Positions 56,188 to 64,000 of a stretch of DNA of 64,000 bases are shown piece after piece. Source of the stretch: Candidatus Nomurabacteria bacterium. GTDB lineage: Bacteria > Patescibacteriota > Saccharimonadia > JAGOAT01. Location: NCBI GenBank assembly GCA_020639315.1, contig JACKGM010000001.1, positions 225,878 through 289,877 of the forward strand, read 5' to 3'. A program made the translations under genes and the position numbers. The notes under the pieces are model-generated. The model did not search any database and had not been told where the DNA came from. It saw only the letters and a program-made list of their open reading frames with translations. The first letter of the stretch is position 1; each line of letters starts with the position of its first letter.

Positions 56188-56736
56188 ATGGAAGCTGACA
56201 GACGGTATCACTACCCTGGGCAAAATGAGGATGAGATTGTCAAAAGAATTACCTATAGACATTGGGCATTTCTTTTGCCAGCTTTTGGCTTGTCGGTCAC
56301 TATTGTAGCAGTAGTAGCTTTTATTTTTGTCTACGCTTGGACATCATCACTTGGCAATGAGATGAAGCTAAATCTGGGCTTGCTAGCAGTATTTTTATTA
56401 TTATTCGTCGTAGGTTTTATGCTAGCTAGTATCTGGATCTGGCACAATAATAAGATCATTATTACCAATCAAAATTTGGTAGAAGTAGAGCAAAAGAGCC
56501 TGTTTAATAAATCAATTTCAACTTTGAGACTAGTCAATATCCAGGATGTCAGTGCAGATATTGAAGGTCCCGTCCAGTCTGCCCTGGGCTATGGCACAGT
56601 CACTGTCCAGTCGGCGGGTGAAAAACGGAATTTTGTCTTTCAATATATTCCTCAGGCCTATGAACTCAAGGATTATATAAGTGATTTGCATCTTTATGCG
56701 GCAACTGAGCAGGAAGATAAATTGCTAGATCGCTAG
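56188..56736 (+). CDS. Membrane protein with a bacterial PH (bPH_2/DUF304) domain. It is a paralog of the 44208 product.
   Basis: Two TM helices then IIITNQNLVEVEQKSLFNKSISTLRLVNIQDVSADIEGPVQSALGYGTVTVQSAG. Confidence 0.5.
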   Translation: MEADRRYHYPGQNEDEIVKRITYRHWAFLLPAFGLSVTIVAVVAFIFVYAWTSSLGNEMKLNLGLLAVFLLLFVVGFMLASIWIWHNNKIIITNQNLVEVEQKSLFNKSISTLRLVNIQDVSADIEGPVQSALGYGTVTVQSAGEKRNFVFQYIPQAYELKDYISDLHLYAATEQEDKLLDR

Positions 56737-57113
56737 CGGGCTGATTTAATAAGGTATTTGTTGCTACTGGAGTTTGATTGGTCTGGTTTTTCTAGTACTG
56801 CATATAGAGTGTATTTTGTGTAAGGTCCACCTGTAGGACTAGGTTGGTATATATAGTCGTTCCCTTGGGGGTCAACAGGTAGGTTTGCAATATAAGGTTG
56901 GTTTTGATCGGATAGTATCGCTAAAGATTCTGGGTATTCTCCCTTGTCTTCATAATAGTATTCTAGTGCTTGGCCAATTTTCGTAATATCCTCTATTCTC
57001 GCAGAGTCTCGACCATTGACTGGGATAGAAGAGATTTTTGGCACTACAAAGCTCAGTACCGTAATCACGGCAATTACAGTCAGGCTAAGCTTAAGAATCT
57101 TTTTGTGGTTCAT
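56733..57113 (-). CDS. Small secreted/anchored protein with a pseudopilin/ComGC-like motif (RDSARIEDITKIGQALEYYYEDKGEYP).
   Basis: N-terminal hydrophobic helix. The motif resembles the conserved RDxxRxxDLxxIxxALExYYxDNGxYP block of type IV pilin-like proteins. No canonical GFTLIE prepilin cleavage site is present. Confidence 0.35.
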   Translation of the reverse strand: MNHKKILKLSLTVIAVITVLSFVVPKISSIPVNGRDSARIEDITKIGQALEYYYEDKGEYPESLAILSDQNQPYIANLPVDPQGNDYIYQPSPTGGPYTKYTLYAVLEKPDQSNSSSNKYLIKSAR

Positions 57114-57513
57114 GGCGTTTACTCACTGTAATATTTGGTGCAGTTTGGTACTCTGGCTCCAAATATCCTTTTTCTAGTTTAACATTGTCTAGCTGGGTTA
57201 TGCCAGCTTCAATCCAATCGGGACCATTCGCGGAGATGACTGGCTGCTTGGAATAGTAGTGCCAGGTATTGGTTAGCACTCCAGCTATTCTGATACCAGT
57301 AAATGATCCAATTTTGTCCCTCAGAACTATCCCATCGATCTGATCTAAGTCTACAATGCTTTTGATTTTTGAAATCAGCTGATCCGTTAACTGCTTGCCA
57401 GTATGTGAGAGCAGGCTTTTTATCAGGATTGGATCTGGATGTTTGGACGAAGTTTGATAAACGGATAATTTTAGGTTTGGGCTAGTAGCATCGATAGCTA
57501 AGTAAGTTTTCAT
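57091..57513 (-). CDS. tsaB: tRNA threonylcarbamoyladenosine biosynthesis protein TsaB (YeaZ-like, short form).
   Basis: N-terminal MKTYLAIDATSPNLKLSV, typical of the YeaZ/Kae1 fold N-domain. Adjacent to tsaE. Confidence 0.55.
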   Translation of the reverse strand: MKTYLAIDATSPNLKLSVYQTSSKHPDPILIKSLLSHTGKQLTDQLISKIKSIVDLDQIDGIVLRDKIGSFTGIRIAGVLTNTWHYYSKQPVISANGPDWIEAGITQLDNVKLEKGYLEPEYQTAPNITVSKRHEPQKDS

Positions 57514-58011
57514 CTAGGAATATACTAGCTCAATATTACGAAATTGGTAATCCTGGCTCTCGGTTTTGTCAGGATAATCAAAGTGAATGGTAATCTGTTT
57601 CTCAAACGGCCAGTCAAATTTATCAAGCCACTCGATTGCCACTATCGTGTAAGCCGTCTCGACTTGCTCGGTAATAGTGTGGTAGAGATTAGGGTCTAGC
57701 CTAGATAGGCGATACAAATCCCAGTGCTCGAGAGTGAATCGATCTGCCTGATAACTTCGATTGAGATTGAAGCTAGGGCTAATCAAGGTCTTTGTGATAC
57801 CCAAGGCTTTGGCAAAGGCCTTCAAGAAGCTGGTCTTTCCAGCCCCTAGCGGGCCAACCAGCTTAATCACTAGGCCAGTTTCTTGAACCGATAAGGTTGA
57901 CTTTGGGGACTCTAAGGTTTGAGTTTGGATTGTCTGAGCTAGGGTTTGGGCTAAAGCTTGCATCTGACTTAGACCCAGGGAGTAACTTTCTGATTTCTTC
58001 TCGATATTCAT
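57514..58011 (-). CDS. tsaE: tRNA threonylcarbamoyladenosine biosynthesis ATPase TsaE (YjeE).
   Basis: P-loop LVGPLGAGKTSFLKAFAKALGI and the downstream WDLYRL motif typical of TsaE. Confidence 0.7.
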   Translation of the reverse strand: MNIEKKSESYSLGLSQMQALAQTLAQTIQTQTLESPKSTLSVQETGLVIKLVGPLGAGKTSFLKAFAKALGITKTLISPSFNLNRSYQADRFTLEHWDLYRLSRLDPNLYHTITEQVETAYTIVAIEWLDKFDWPFEKQITIHFDYPDKTESQDYQFRNIELVYS

Positions 58012-58810
58012 ATATTATATAACCTACTATAGCACCGATCAGACCAATAATTAAATAGTTTGGTTGGTTGGATTTGTTGGACTGGCTAGTCTTGGTGGGT
58101 TGGCTACCAGACTGATTAGTACCTATTTGGTTAGTATCTTGGCTATAGTTGAGCGGCTGATTGAATGGTTGGCTGGTAGAATTGAGGTTGCTAGCTAAGG
58201 AGCCATCTTCCCCAGTAGGGCTACTAGTCTTGTATTCATTAAGGCCGATCGATTGGTCAGAGCTAGATTGATCGGATTGACTGCCTGAACTATTAGACCC
58301 ACTACTGGATTTGGCACTATTATCGGAAGTCTGAGTAGCCTCAATCGATACTGGTAGGGCATTGGGCTGACTAGGAGTAGGGGTCTCCAGCCATTGCCAA
58401 CCAGTCTCGGACCAGCCCCAGCTAGCATCTGTCTGGGCATTTTGATAGCTAGTCTGATCGACTATTGTCCCAGTGGGATCGAGCAGGCTAATAGTCTCTT
58501 GGTCATTGTTGAGAGACAACTTGCTGGTGTCCTTGCCGATTGCCAGGTATTGACCGGGGTCAATTACAACTTTGTCAAAGGTGTAGGCCTTCTCGGATTG
58601 GTCTACAATCTGCCAACCCTCCAGGAACACTGGATGATCAAACAAGTTTTTGATTTCCACAAATTCCTGATTGCCATCGCTCGGTTTGCCGACTATTTCT
58701 GACAATACTATGGGCGGGTAGATGATGGATTGGGCATAGACCTGAGCTACTGATATAAATTTTATATTTGTAAAAATAATAAAAATTAGAGTACAAATCA
58801 ATCTCTGCAT
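57863..58810 (-). CDS. Lamin-tail-domain (LTD) containing secreted protein with a Ser/Gln-rich low-complexity region and a C-terminal TM anchor.
   Basis: Signal peptide. LTD signature LSEIVGKPSDGNQEFVEIKNLFDHPVFLEGWQIVD. AAGGAGG RBS. The 3' end overlaps the tsaE start by 149 nt, so a possible frameshift or mis-extension is flagged. Confidence 0.55.
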   Translation of the reverse strand: MQRLICTLIFIIFTNIKFISVAQVYAQSIIYPPIVLSEIVGKPSDGNQEFVEIKNLFDHPVFLEGWQIVDQSEKAYTFDKVVIDPGQYLAIGKDTSKLSLNNDQETISLLDPTGTIVDQTSYQNAQTDASWGWSETGWQWLETPTPSQPNALPVSIEATQTSDNSAKSSSGSNSSGSQSDQSSSDQSIGLNEYKTSSPTGEDGSLASNLNSTSQPFNQPLNYSQDTNQIGTNQSGSQPTKTSQSNKSNQPNYLIIGLIGAIVGYIIYEYREEIRKLLPGSKSDASFSPNPSSDNPNSNLRVPKVNLIGSRNWPSD

Positions 58811-58871
58811 AGCTACCTCCTTTGGTGTAATACACCTATTAATAAATCAAGCACAGGATTTTCACTTTTAC

Positions 58872-59452
58872 CGTCATTCCCCTTGTCCTGTCATCCTCCG
58901 AAACTCCTCCTCGCATCGTCATCCTCCGAAACTCGCCCCTTGTCTTGTCATCCTCCGAAACTCGCCCCTCTCCTGTCATCCTCCGAAACTCCGAAGGAGT
59001 TTACGGGGGATCCAGTATTTCGCGCATTTACAGGTATCCAACTCAAATACTGGATCTCCGGTATTACCCTCCGGGTAATCCGAAGATGACACGATAAGGG
59101 TCCTGTCATCCTCCGAAACCCACCCCTTGTCTTGTCATCCTCCGAAACTCCGAAGGAGTTTACGGGGGATCCAGTATTTCTGCATTAGTCATCCTCCGAA
59201 GTTCGGAGAACTTACGGGGGATCCAGTATTTTGCATTTGCTAATGTCCCAATCCCGGGATTCAATTCAAATACTGGATTTCCGGTATTTCTCTTTTAGAG
59301 AAATCCGAAGATGACAGGAGGGGGTGGGTCTCCCATAATTTCCTAAAGGAAATTATGGGAGATGACGTGAAGAGGGGGGCGGAATTTTGGAACATGACGA
59401 GAGAAGGCTAGGCCTCGTATAAATCCCTAAAGGAAACTTAAACTATGACAAT
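58872..59452. mobile_element. MITE/REP-like family 1 cluster. It includes a reversed array of GTCATCCTCCGAAAC cores separated by ~14-nt variable segments, and a perfect 15-bp palindrome TCTCCCATAATTTCC-taa-AGGAAATTATGGGAGA.
   Basis: Read directly. Confidence 0.75.
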
Positions 59453-59809
59453 GCAAGCCCGATTTTATTTTGAAATTGTATATATAGAATTGTAACAAAA
59501 TAGTATTTGCCTTAGCAAGCATGAGCAGTAATTATAGACCTAACACCCTGACTTATAGCAAGCTAAAAAAAACCAGACTTTTGACCCAACTCTAGAGTCT
59601 ATAAAGCTAGTTTTCTATAGTACAGCTCAAATTGTCCAGTTTTGGGTTGAGCTTGCTATATCTAAGGATAAGCCTCTCTTTAGAAAGAGAACTATTACTT
59701 AGTCTAGGGTCTAGGAATTTATTGTGGCAAGACAAAGTGTTAGGTCTATAAAGATTTGGTTTTATTGGTAGTCTAATATATAATCATTGGAGTAGCCTAG
59801 GCTACTGGT

Positions 59810-59980
59810 TAGACTTGTTCCTTAAGTAAGGTTTTCGGTCCCAAACCGTCTATCTTGGACTATAATAATCTTTTCGTTTTATCACCTTAACCATGTTAGG
59901 ACTCTTTATAGGAAAGATGATTCTAGTCCCAAACTAGACAATTTTGGTCTCAAAAATTACTAGGAGTAACTCTATTAGAC
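59810..59980. repeat. Degenerate copy of the family-3 element / conserved ~170-bp intergenic module (about 80% similar to 35231-35395).
   Basis: Shared strings tagacttgttccttaagtaaggttt...ttggactataataatctttt...attttggtctcaaaaatta. Confidence 0.5.
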
Positions 59981-60103
59981 TATTTTATTTTTATTTAACT
60001 TTTCTTAGAGCAATCAAACTTAAGAGGCAACTATTTTATAATCACACTAGTGAGGCTTTGAAATATTAAGCTAAAGCTTGGTCTAGGATAGAAGGGAATT
60101 ATT

Positions 60104-61609
60104 ATGTTTATCATATCGTTTATCATCGGTCTCTTGATAGGAGGGACCAGCTTATTTCTCTATGAAAAAAAGAATAGAGTCAAAGTCGATCATAAAGCTA
60201 ACAATCTACTAGATAAGGCTAAAGATCGAGCCAAAGATATCTTGCTCGAGGCCAAACAGCAATCTATCAAGGTGATTGACGATGCCAAAGAGGACGAGAA
60301 GTCTAGAAGAAAAGTCTTAGAGGAGCAGGAAACTTTGCTCAACCAGCGACAAACCAAGCTAGATGATCGGTCTGAACATCTGGAAAGTAAGCTAGCTGAT
60401 CTATCTGATAAAGAAAAAGCAGTAGTAATCCTCGAAGATAAGCTCAACCAGCTGATTGGTCAGGAGTCAGAAAAGCTGAGTAATATTGCAAAATTGAGTA
60501 AAGATCAGGCTAAGCAGGAGCTTTTGGAGCTGACCGAACAAGAAATCAAGCCAGAGCTGATGGGTCTAATCGCCAAGCTCAAGTCAGACGCCACTGATCA
60601 GGCAGAAGAATATGCCAAAGAGATAGTATCTGCTGCTATGCAAAGAATTGCATCCGAGCAAACTGCTGAGAGGACTGTGACTTCAATCTCTATTCCCTCA
60701 GATGATATCAAAGGTAAGATTATTGGCAAGGAAGGACGAAATATCCAGTCCCTTGAAGCTTTGAGTGGGGTAGATATTTTGATCGATGAGACACCGGGTA
60801 TGATTACTATATCAGGGTTTAACCCGATCAGACGGCAGATTGCCAAGGTAGCACTAGAGGATTTGATTAAAGATGGCCGGATTCATCCAGGTAAAATTGA
60901 AGAAGTTTATCGTAAAGCTGAGAAGAAACTTGACAAGATCATTATGGCGGCCGCTGAAGATGCTTGCAGGGAAGTCGGCGTGGTCGGTCTTCCAAAAGAG
61001 ATTATGAATTATCTTGGACAGTTGAAATTTCGTACTTCATATGGTCAAAATGTATTGAAGCACTCTGTAGAGATGAGTCTAATGGCTGTGGTGATAGCTA
61101 ATGAGATTGGTGCCGATGTCCAGGTAGCAAGGACGGCTGCTCTATTACACGACCTTGGCAAGGCGGTCACTCATGAATTTGAGGGTAAGCACCATCATCT
61201 CAGTAAAATGCTCTGTGACAAATATGGGATTGACCCAGCGATCGGTCACGCCGTAGAAGCTCATCATGATGATATCGAAGCCAATACGCCTGAGGCAATG
61301 ATTATTCGAGCAGTTGATGCGATTAGTGCTAGTAGACCGGGTGCTCGCAATGATAGTATTGAAGATTTTGGCAAAAGGATGGCTGATCTCGAAAATGTTG
61401 CTAAGAAATTCAGTGGGATTGATCGAGTCTATGCGATCTCGGCTGGTCGTGAGATTAGGGTCTTTGTCAGACCTGAGGAGGTGGATGATTTTTCTGCTAT
61501 TCGGATGGCTAGAGATATCGCCAACAAGATCGAGAGTACCCTAAAGTTTCCCGGTACGATCAAAGTCAATGTGATTCGCGAGACTCGGGCTGAAGAATAC
61601 GCTAAATAG
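60104..61609 (+). CDS. rny: Ribonuclease Y.
   Basis: N-terminal TM, coiled coil, KH domain (GKIIGKEGRNIQSLEALSGVDILID) and HD domain (LLHDLGKA...HHDD). GAAGGG RBS. Confidence 0.85.
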   Translation: MFIISFIIGLLIGGTSLFLYEKKNRVKVDHKANNLLDKAKDRAKDILLEAKQQSIKVIDDAKEDEKSRRKVLEEQETLLNQRQTKLDDRSEHLESKLADLSDKEKAVVILEDKLNQLIGQESEKLSNIAKLSKDQAKQELLELTEQEIKPELMGLIAKLKSDATDQAEEYAKEIVSAAMQRIASEQTAERTVTSISIPSDDIKGKIIGKEGRNIQSLEALSGVDILIDETPGMITISGFNPIRRQIAKVALEDLIKDGRIHPGKIEEVYRKAEKKLDKIIMAAAEDACREVGVVGLPKEIMNYLGQLKFRTSYGQNVLKHSVEMSLMAVVIANEIGADVQVARTAALLHDLGKAVTHEFEGKHHHLSKMLCDKYGIDPAIGHAVEAHHDDIEANTPEAMIIRAVDAISASRPGARNDSIEDFGKRMADLENVAKKFSGIDRVYAISAGREIRVFVRPEEVDDFSAIRMARDIANKIESTLKFPGTIKVNVIRETRAEEYAK

Positions 61610-61644
61610 TAGGTGATAGCCTCAGATTAGGCATAGACAATACA

Positions 61645-62096
61645 AGGTCCCCCGTAAACTCCATGGGTTTCGGAGGATGACTGGACCCTTATCGTGTCAT
61701 CTTCGGATTACCCGGAGGGTAATACCGGAGATCCACCCTCTCCTGTCATCTTCGGATTACCCGGAGGGTAATACCGGAGATCCAGTATTTGAGTTGGATA
61801 CCTGTAGATGCGGGATACTGGATCCCTCGTAAACCCTCCGGGTTTCGGAGGATGACAGGACAAGGGACGAGTTTCGGAGGATGACAGTACCCTTTTTGTG
61901 TCATATTCCAAAATCCAAGAGGGATTTATGGGATATCCAGTATTTGAATTGAATCCCAGAAATACAAAATGCTGGATCCCCCGTAAGTTCTCCGAACTTC
62001 GGAGGATGACAATGCGAGGACGAGTTTCGGAGGATGACGATGCGAGGAGGATTTTCGGAGGATGACGATGCCAAGGCTGATTTCAGAGGATGATTA
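61645..62096. mobile_element. MITE/REP-like family 1 cluster with ~4-5 29-nt sub-repeat units.
   Basis: Same signatures. Confidence 0.75.
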
Positions 62097-62173
62097 ATGT
62101 GAGAGATACAAGTCTATTGATTTTCTGATTTTAATAGTCTACTATAAAGCTAGTGCTAAAACAAAAATAAACT

Positions 62174-63292
62174 ATGATCAAGCTTAAATCACTATTTATC
62201 CCTCATCACGGGAACCTACACAAACCCCATTTGACTAGGTGGTCTATGCTATCCGTTTTTGGGCTAGTGATTATCGGTATGCAGTTGGCCTTCAATATAG
62301 CTGTGTCAGGTCATCCTGGGGTATTGGGTTATGCTACCAATATTGATACCAGTACTTTAAATTCACTAAGCAATGCTCAGCGAACTGCCAATGGCCTACC
62401 AGCCCTAGCCTACAATCAAACCTTGGCTAATAGTGCCTATCAAAAAGCTTTAGATATGATCAACAACAACTATTGGGCGCATGTTTCGCCGAGTGGTGTT
62501 AGCCCTTGGTATTGGTTTGGGGCTGCTGGATACAGCTATACAAGTGCTGGAGAAAATTTGGCAAAAGACTTCAATACTAGTAGTGGAGTAGTCAATGCCT
62601 GGATGGCAAGCCCTACTCATAGGGCAAATGTCTTGGGTAGCAATTTTACAGAAGTTGGTTACGCGGTGGTTAATGGGACTTTGCAAGGCCAACAGACTAC
62701 TCTAGTAGTAGCACATTATGCCACACCGGTCGCTATAACCACTCCGGCGGCTAGTCCAGTTCCAGCCCAGCCTGTGCCTGCTCCTGTGGTAACACCTCAG
62801 GTAGTACAGACCCCAGTCGTTACCCAGACCCCTATACCACAACCAGCTAATGAAACTCCAGTCGAAGAGACTCCAACACCAGTAGTAGAGCAGAAAGCTA
62901 GTGTACTTGAAGAGCCAGAGCTCAAGTATGATTTGTTGCAATATCTAAAGAATCCGACTAGTAGCTATGGGGTTTATAAAGATCAGCCTGCTTTGAGCTG
63001 GGATACTGACTCGGTGAGCCTGGATCCTGTCGATCTGAGTCAGAATAGTAGCTGGATGGATCAGACTGTTTCTAGACTAGAGGCTAACTTGGCTAGCTAT
63101 AATTGGGCAATCCGACTAAGTCTACTCTTGCTTTTGCCACTGCTTCTGATAATCTCTGTAGAGTTTGCTGTAGTCTATAGCAGAAGACATATCCATCGCT
63201 CAAATCATCATCACCACGCTTTTTTGAAGGCGACCTTGGTGATAGCACTGATTGTAACCTTGCTCCATAGTGGTAGCGGGGTGATCGGATAA
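62174..63292 (+). CDS. CAP/SCP/PR-1-like domain protein. It has an N-terminal TM, a Pro/Val/Thr-rich linker and a C-terminal TM anchor.
   Basis: CAP domain block YQKALDMINNNYWAHVSPSG...NAWMASPTHRANVLGSNFTEVGYAV. Confidence 0.65.
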   Translation: MIKLKSLFIPHHGNLHKPHLTRWSMLSVFGLVIIGMQLAFNIAVSGHPGVLGYATNIDTSTLNSLSNAQRTANGLPALAYNQTLANSAYQKALDMINNNYWAHVSPSGVSPWYWFGAAGYSYTSAGENLAKDFNTSSGVVNAWMASPTHRANVLGSNFTEVGYAVVNGTLQGQQTTLVVAHYATPVAITTPAASPVPAQPVPAPVVTPQVVQTPVVTQTPIPQPANETPVEETPTPVVEQKASVLEEPELKYDLLQYLKNPTSSYGVYKDQPALSWDTDSVSLDPVDLSQNSSWMDQTVSRLEANLASYNWAIRLSLLLLLPLLLIISVEFAVVYSRRHIHRSNHHHHAFLKATLVIALIVTLLHSGSGVIG

Positions 63293-63310
63293 TTCGGTTA
63301 CTGTATAAGG

Positions 63311-63362
63311 AATCCAGTATTTCAGGTATTAATCATCCTCCGAAACCCAAAGGGTTTAAGGG
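63311..63362. repeat. Solo fragment of the MITE-like family 1 element.
   Basis: ggaatccagtatttcaggtattaatcatcctccgaaacccaaagggttt. Confidence 0.5.
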
Positions 63363-63437
63363 GTCTTGCATTTTAAATCAAAAGGTTAATATGAAAAATC
63401 TATCAGGAAGTGCAAAAGTCTTATATAATGTGTACTG

Positions 63438-64000
63438 ATGTCAGCAATCTTGGAATACTTATTGTTTGTACTAGCCACATACCTAGTATTTTACCCTGTA
63501 GAAAGATTTGCTAGAAATTTGGGGGTACTTGATTATCCCAATCATCCCAGAAAGAGACATAAGACCCCAGTAACCTCATGGGGTGGTTTAGCTATCATGA
63601 TCAGTCTGAATGTTGCAGTATTGCTTACTGGCTTAATTGACCCAACCCAGCTGATGATTGTCAATGGGTTTGGTCTAGTCGGCTTAGTCGATGATTGGAA
63701 GGGGATTGATGGCAGAGTAAAGTTGGTATTATTGGTCTTACTTTCTGCTATGCTGGTCACTACTGGGATTAGGATCGATAGTGTTAGCAATCCTTTTAGC
63801 CCAGGGTTGTTGGCTTTTGGTGGAGTTACCGCTATCATAATAAGTATTGCCTGGCTGGTATCAATACCAGTTATTTTCAATTTCTTAGATGGGGTTGATG
63901 GTCTAGTCTCTGGAATGAGCGTGCTTAGTGGGATATTTATTGCAGCAATTTCCTCTATGACCTTAGTCAATCAACCGGATTTGGCTAGGTTTGGATTGAT
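63438..64000 (+). CDS. Glycosyltransferase family 4 phospho-sugar transferase (WecA/TagO/MraY family), 3'-partial at the window edge. It is not in the supplied ORF track.
   Basis: Frame is open from ATG 63438 to the window end. Motifs PNHPRKRHKTPVTSWGG (HxRKxHxxPxPxxGG), LVDDWKG (DDxxG) and FNFLDGVDGL (NxxDGxDGL). The antisense ORF 63542..63970 is therefore considered spurious. Confidence 0.7.
   Translation, partial: MSAILEYLLFVLATYLVFYPVERFARNLGVLDYPNHPRKRHKTPVTSWGGLAIMISLNVAVLLTGLIDPTQLMIVNGFGLVGLVDDWKGIDGRVKLVLLVLLSAMLVTTGIRIDSVSNPFSPGLLAFGGVTAIIISIAWLVSIPVIFNFLDGVDGLVSGMSVLSGIFIAAISSMTLVNQPDLARFGL

Noticed and set aside
59400-60103. Structured ncRNA (tmRNA, RNase P RNA, SRP RNA, 6S) in the 700-bp gene-free gap.
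   Set aside because: The hallmark conserved sequences of these RNAs were not found. The region is AT-rich and composed of the repeated intergenic modules described in the findings. A small RNA cannot be excluded without expression data.

Overview
The window looks like part of a small, AT-moderate bacterial genome with a Gram-positive-like envelope. The family-level identification is an inference from gene content and is low-confidence: Patescibacteria/CPR, possibly Saccharibacteria-like. The code is standard, since TGA is used as a stop codon.

The first 33 kb is one strand-uniform cluster of N-terminally membrane-anchored giant surface proteins on the + strand.
- A 5'-truncated gene (<1..7305) carries five perfect 831-bp tandem repeats.
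- Four paralogous giant genes (8992..12921, 12983..18136, 20847..25163, 25278..33326) are built from shuffled DUF11-like modules. All four end in a near-nucleotide-identical ~1-kb 3' tract, and three of them share a 2.9-kb identical tract.
- The cluster also holds a membrane-anchored M15 (VanY-like) peptidase and two small anchored proteins.

The rest of the window is housekeeping: miaA, murT-gatD, an AI-2E transporter, ftsK, rodZ-like, recA, a PpiC-type PPIase, tRNA-Gly, valS, ruvAB, tsaB/tsaE, RNase Y, a CAP-domain protein and a 3'-truncated WecA/MraY-family gene that is missing from the ORF track.

Almost every intergenic region is filled with a dense, composite MITE/REP-like repeat family. 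It has terminal inverted repeats AAATACTGGATC(C/T)CC, internal hairpins, and variable numbers of ~29-nt TTCGGAGGATGACA-containing sub-repeats. There are more than 50 arms at 13 loci, about 5 kb in total. Two further small TIR-bounded element families and a repeated promoter module are also present.

At least seven genes carry a TATAAT-like -10 hexamer exactly 6 nt upstream of ATG with no Shine-Dalgarno sequence, which indicates leaderless mRNAs.

No CRISPR array, no phage or conjugative genes, and no rRNA genes were found.
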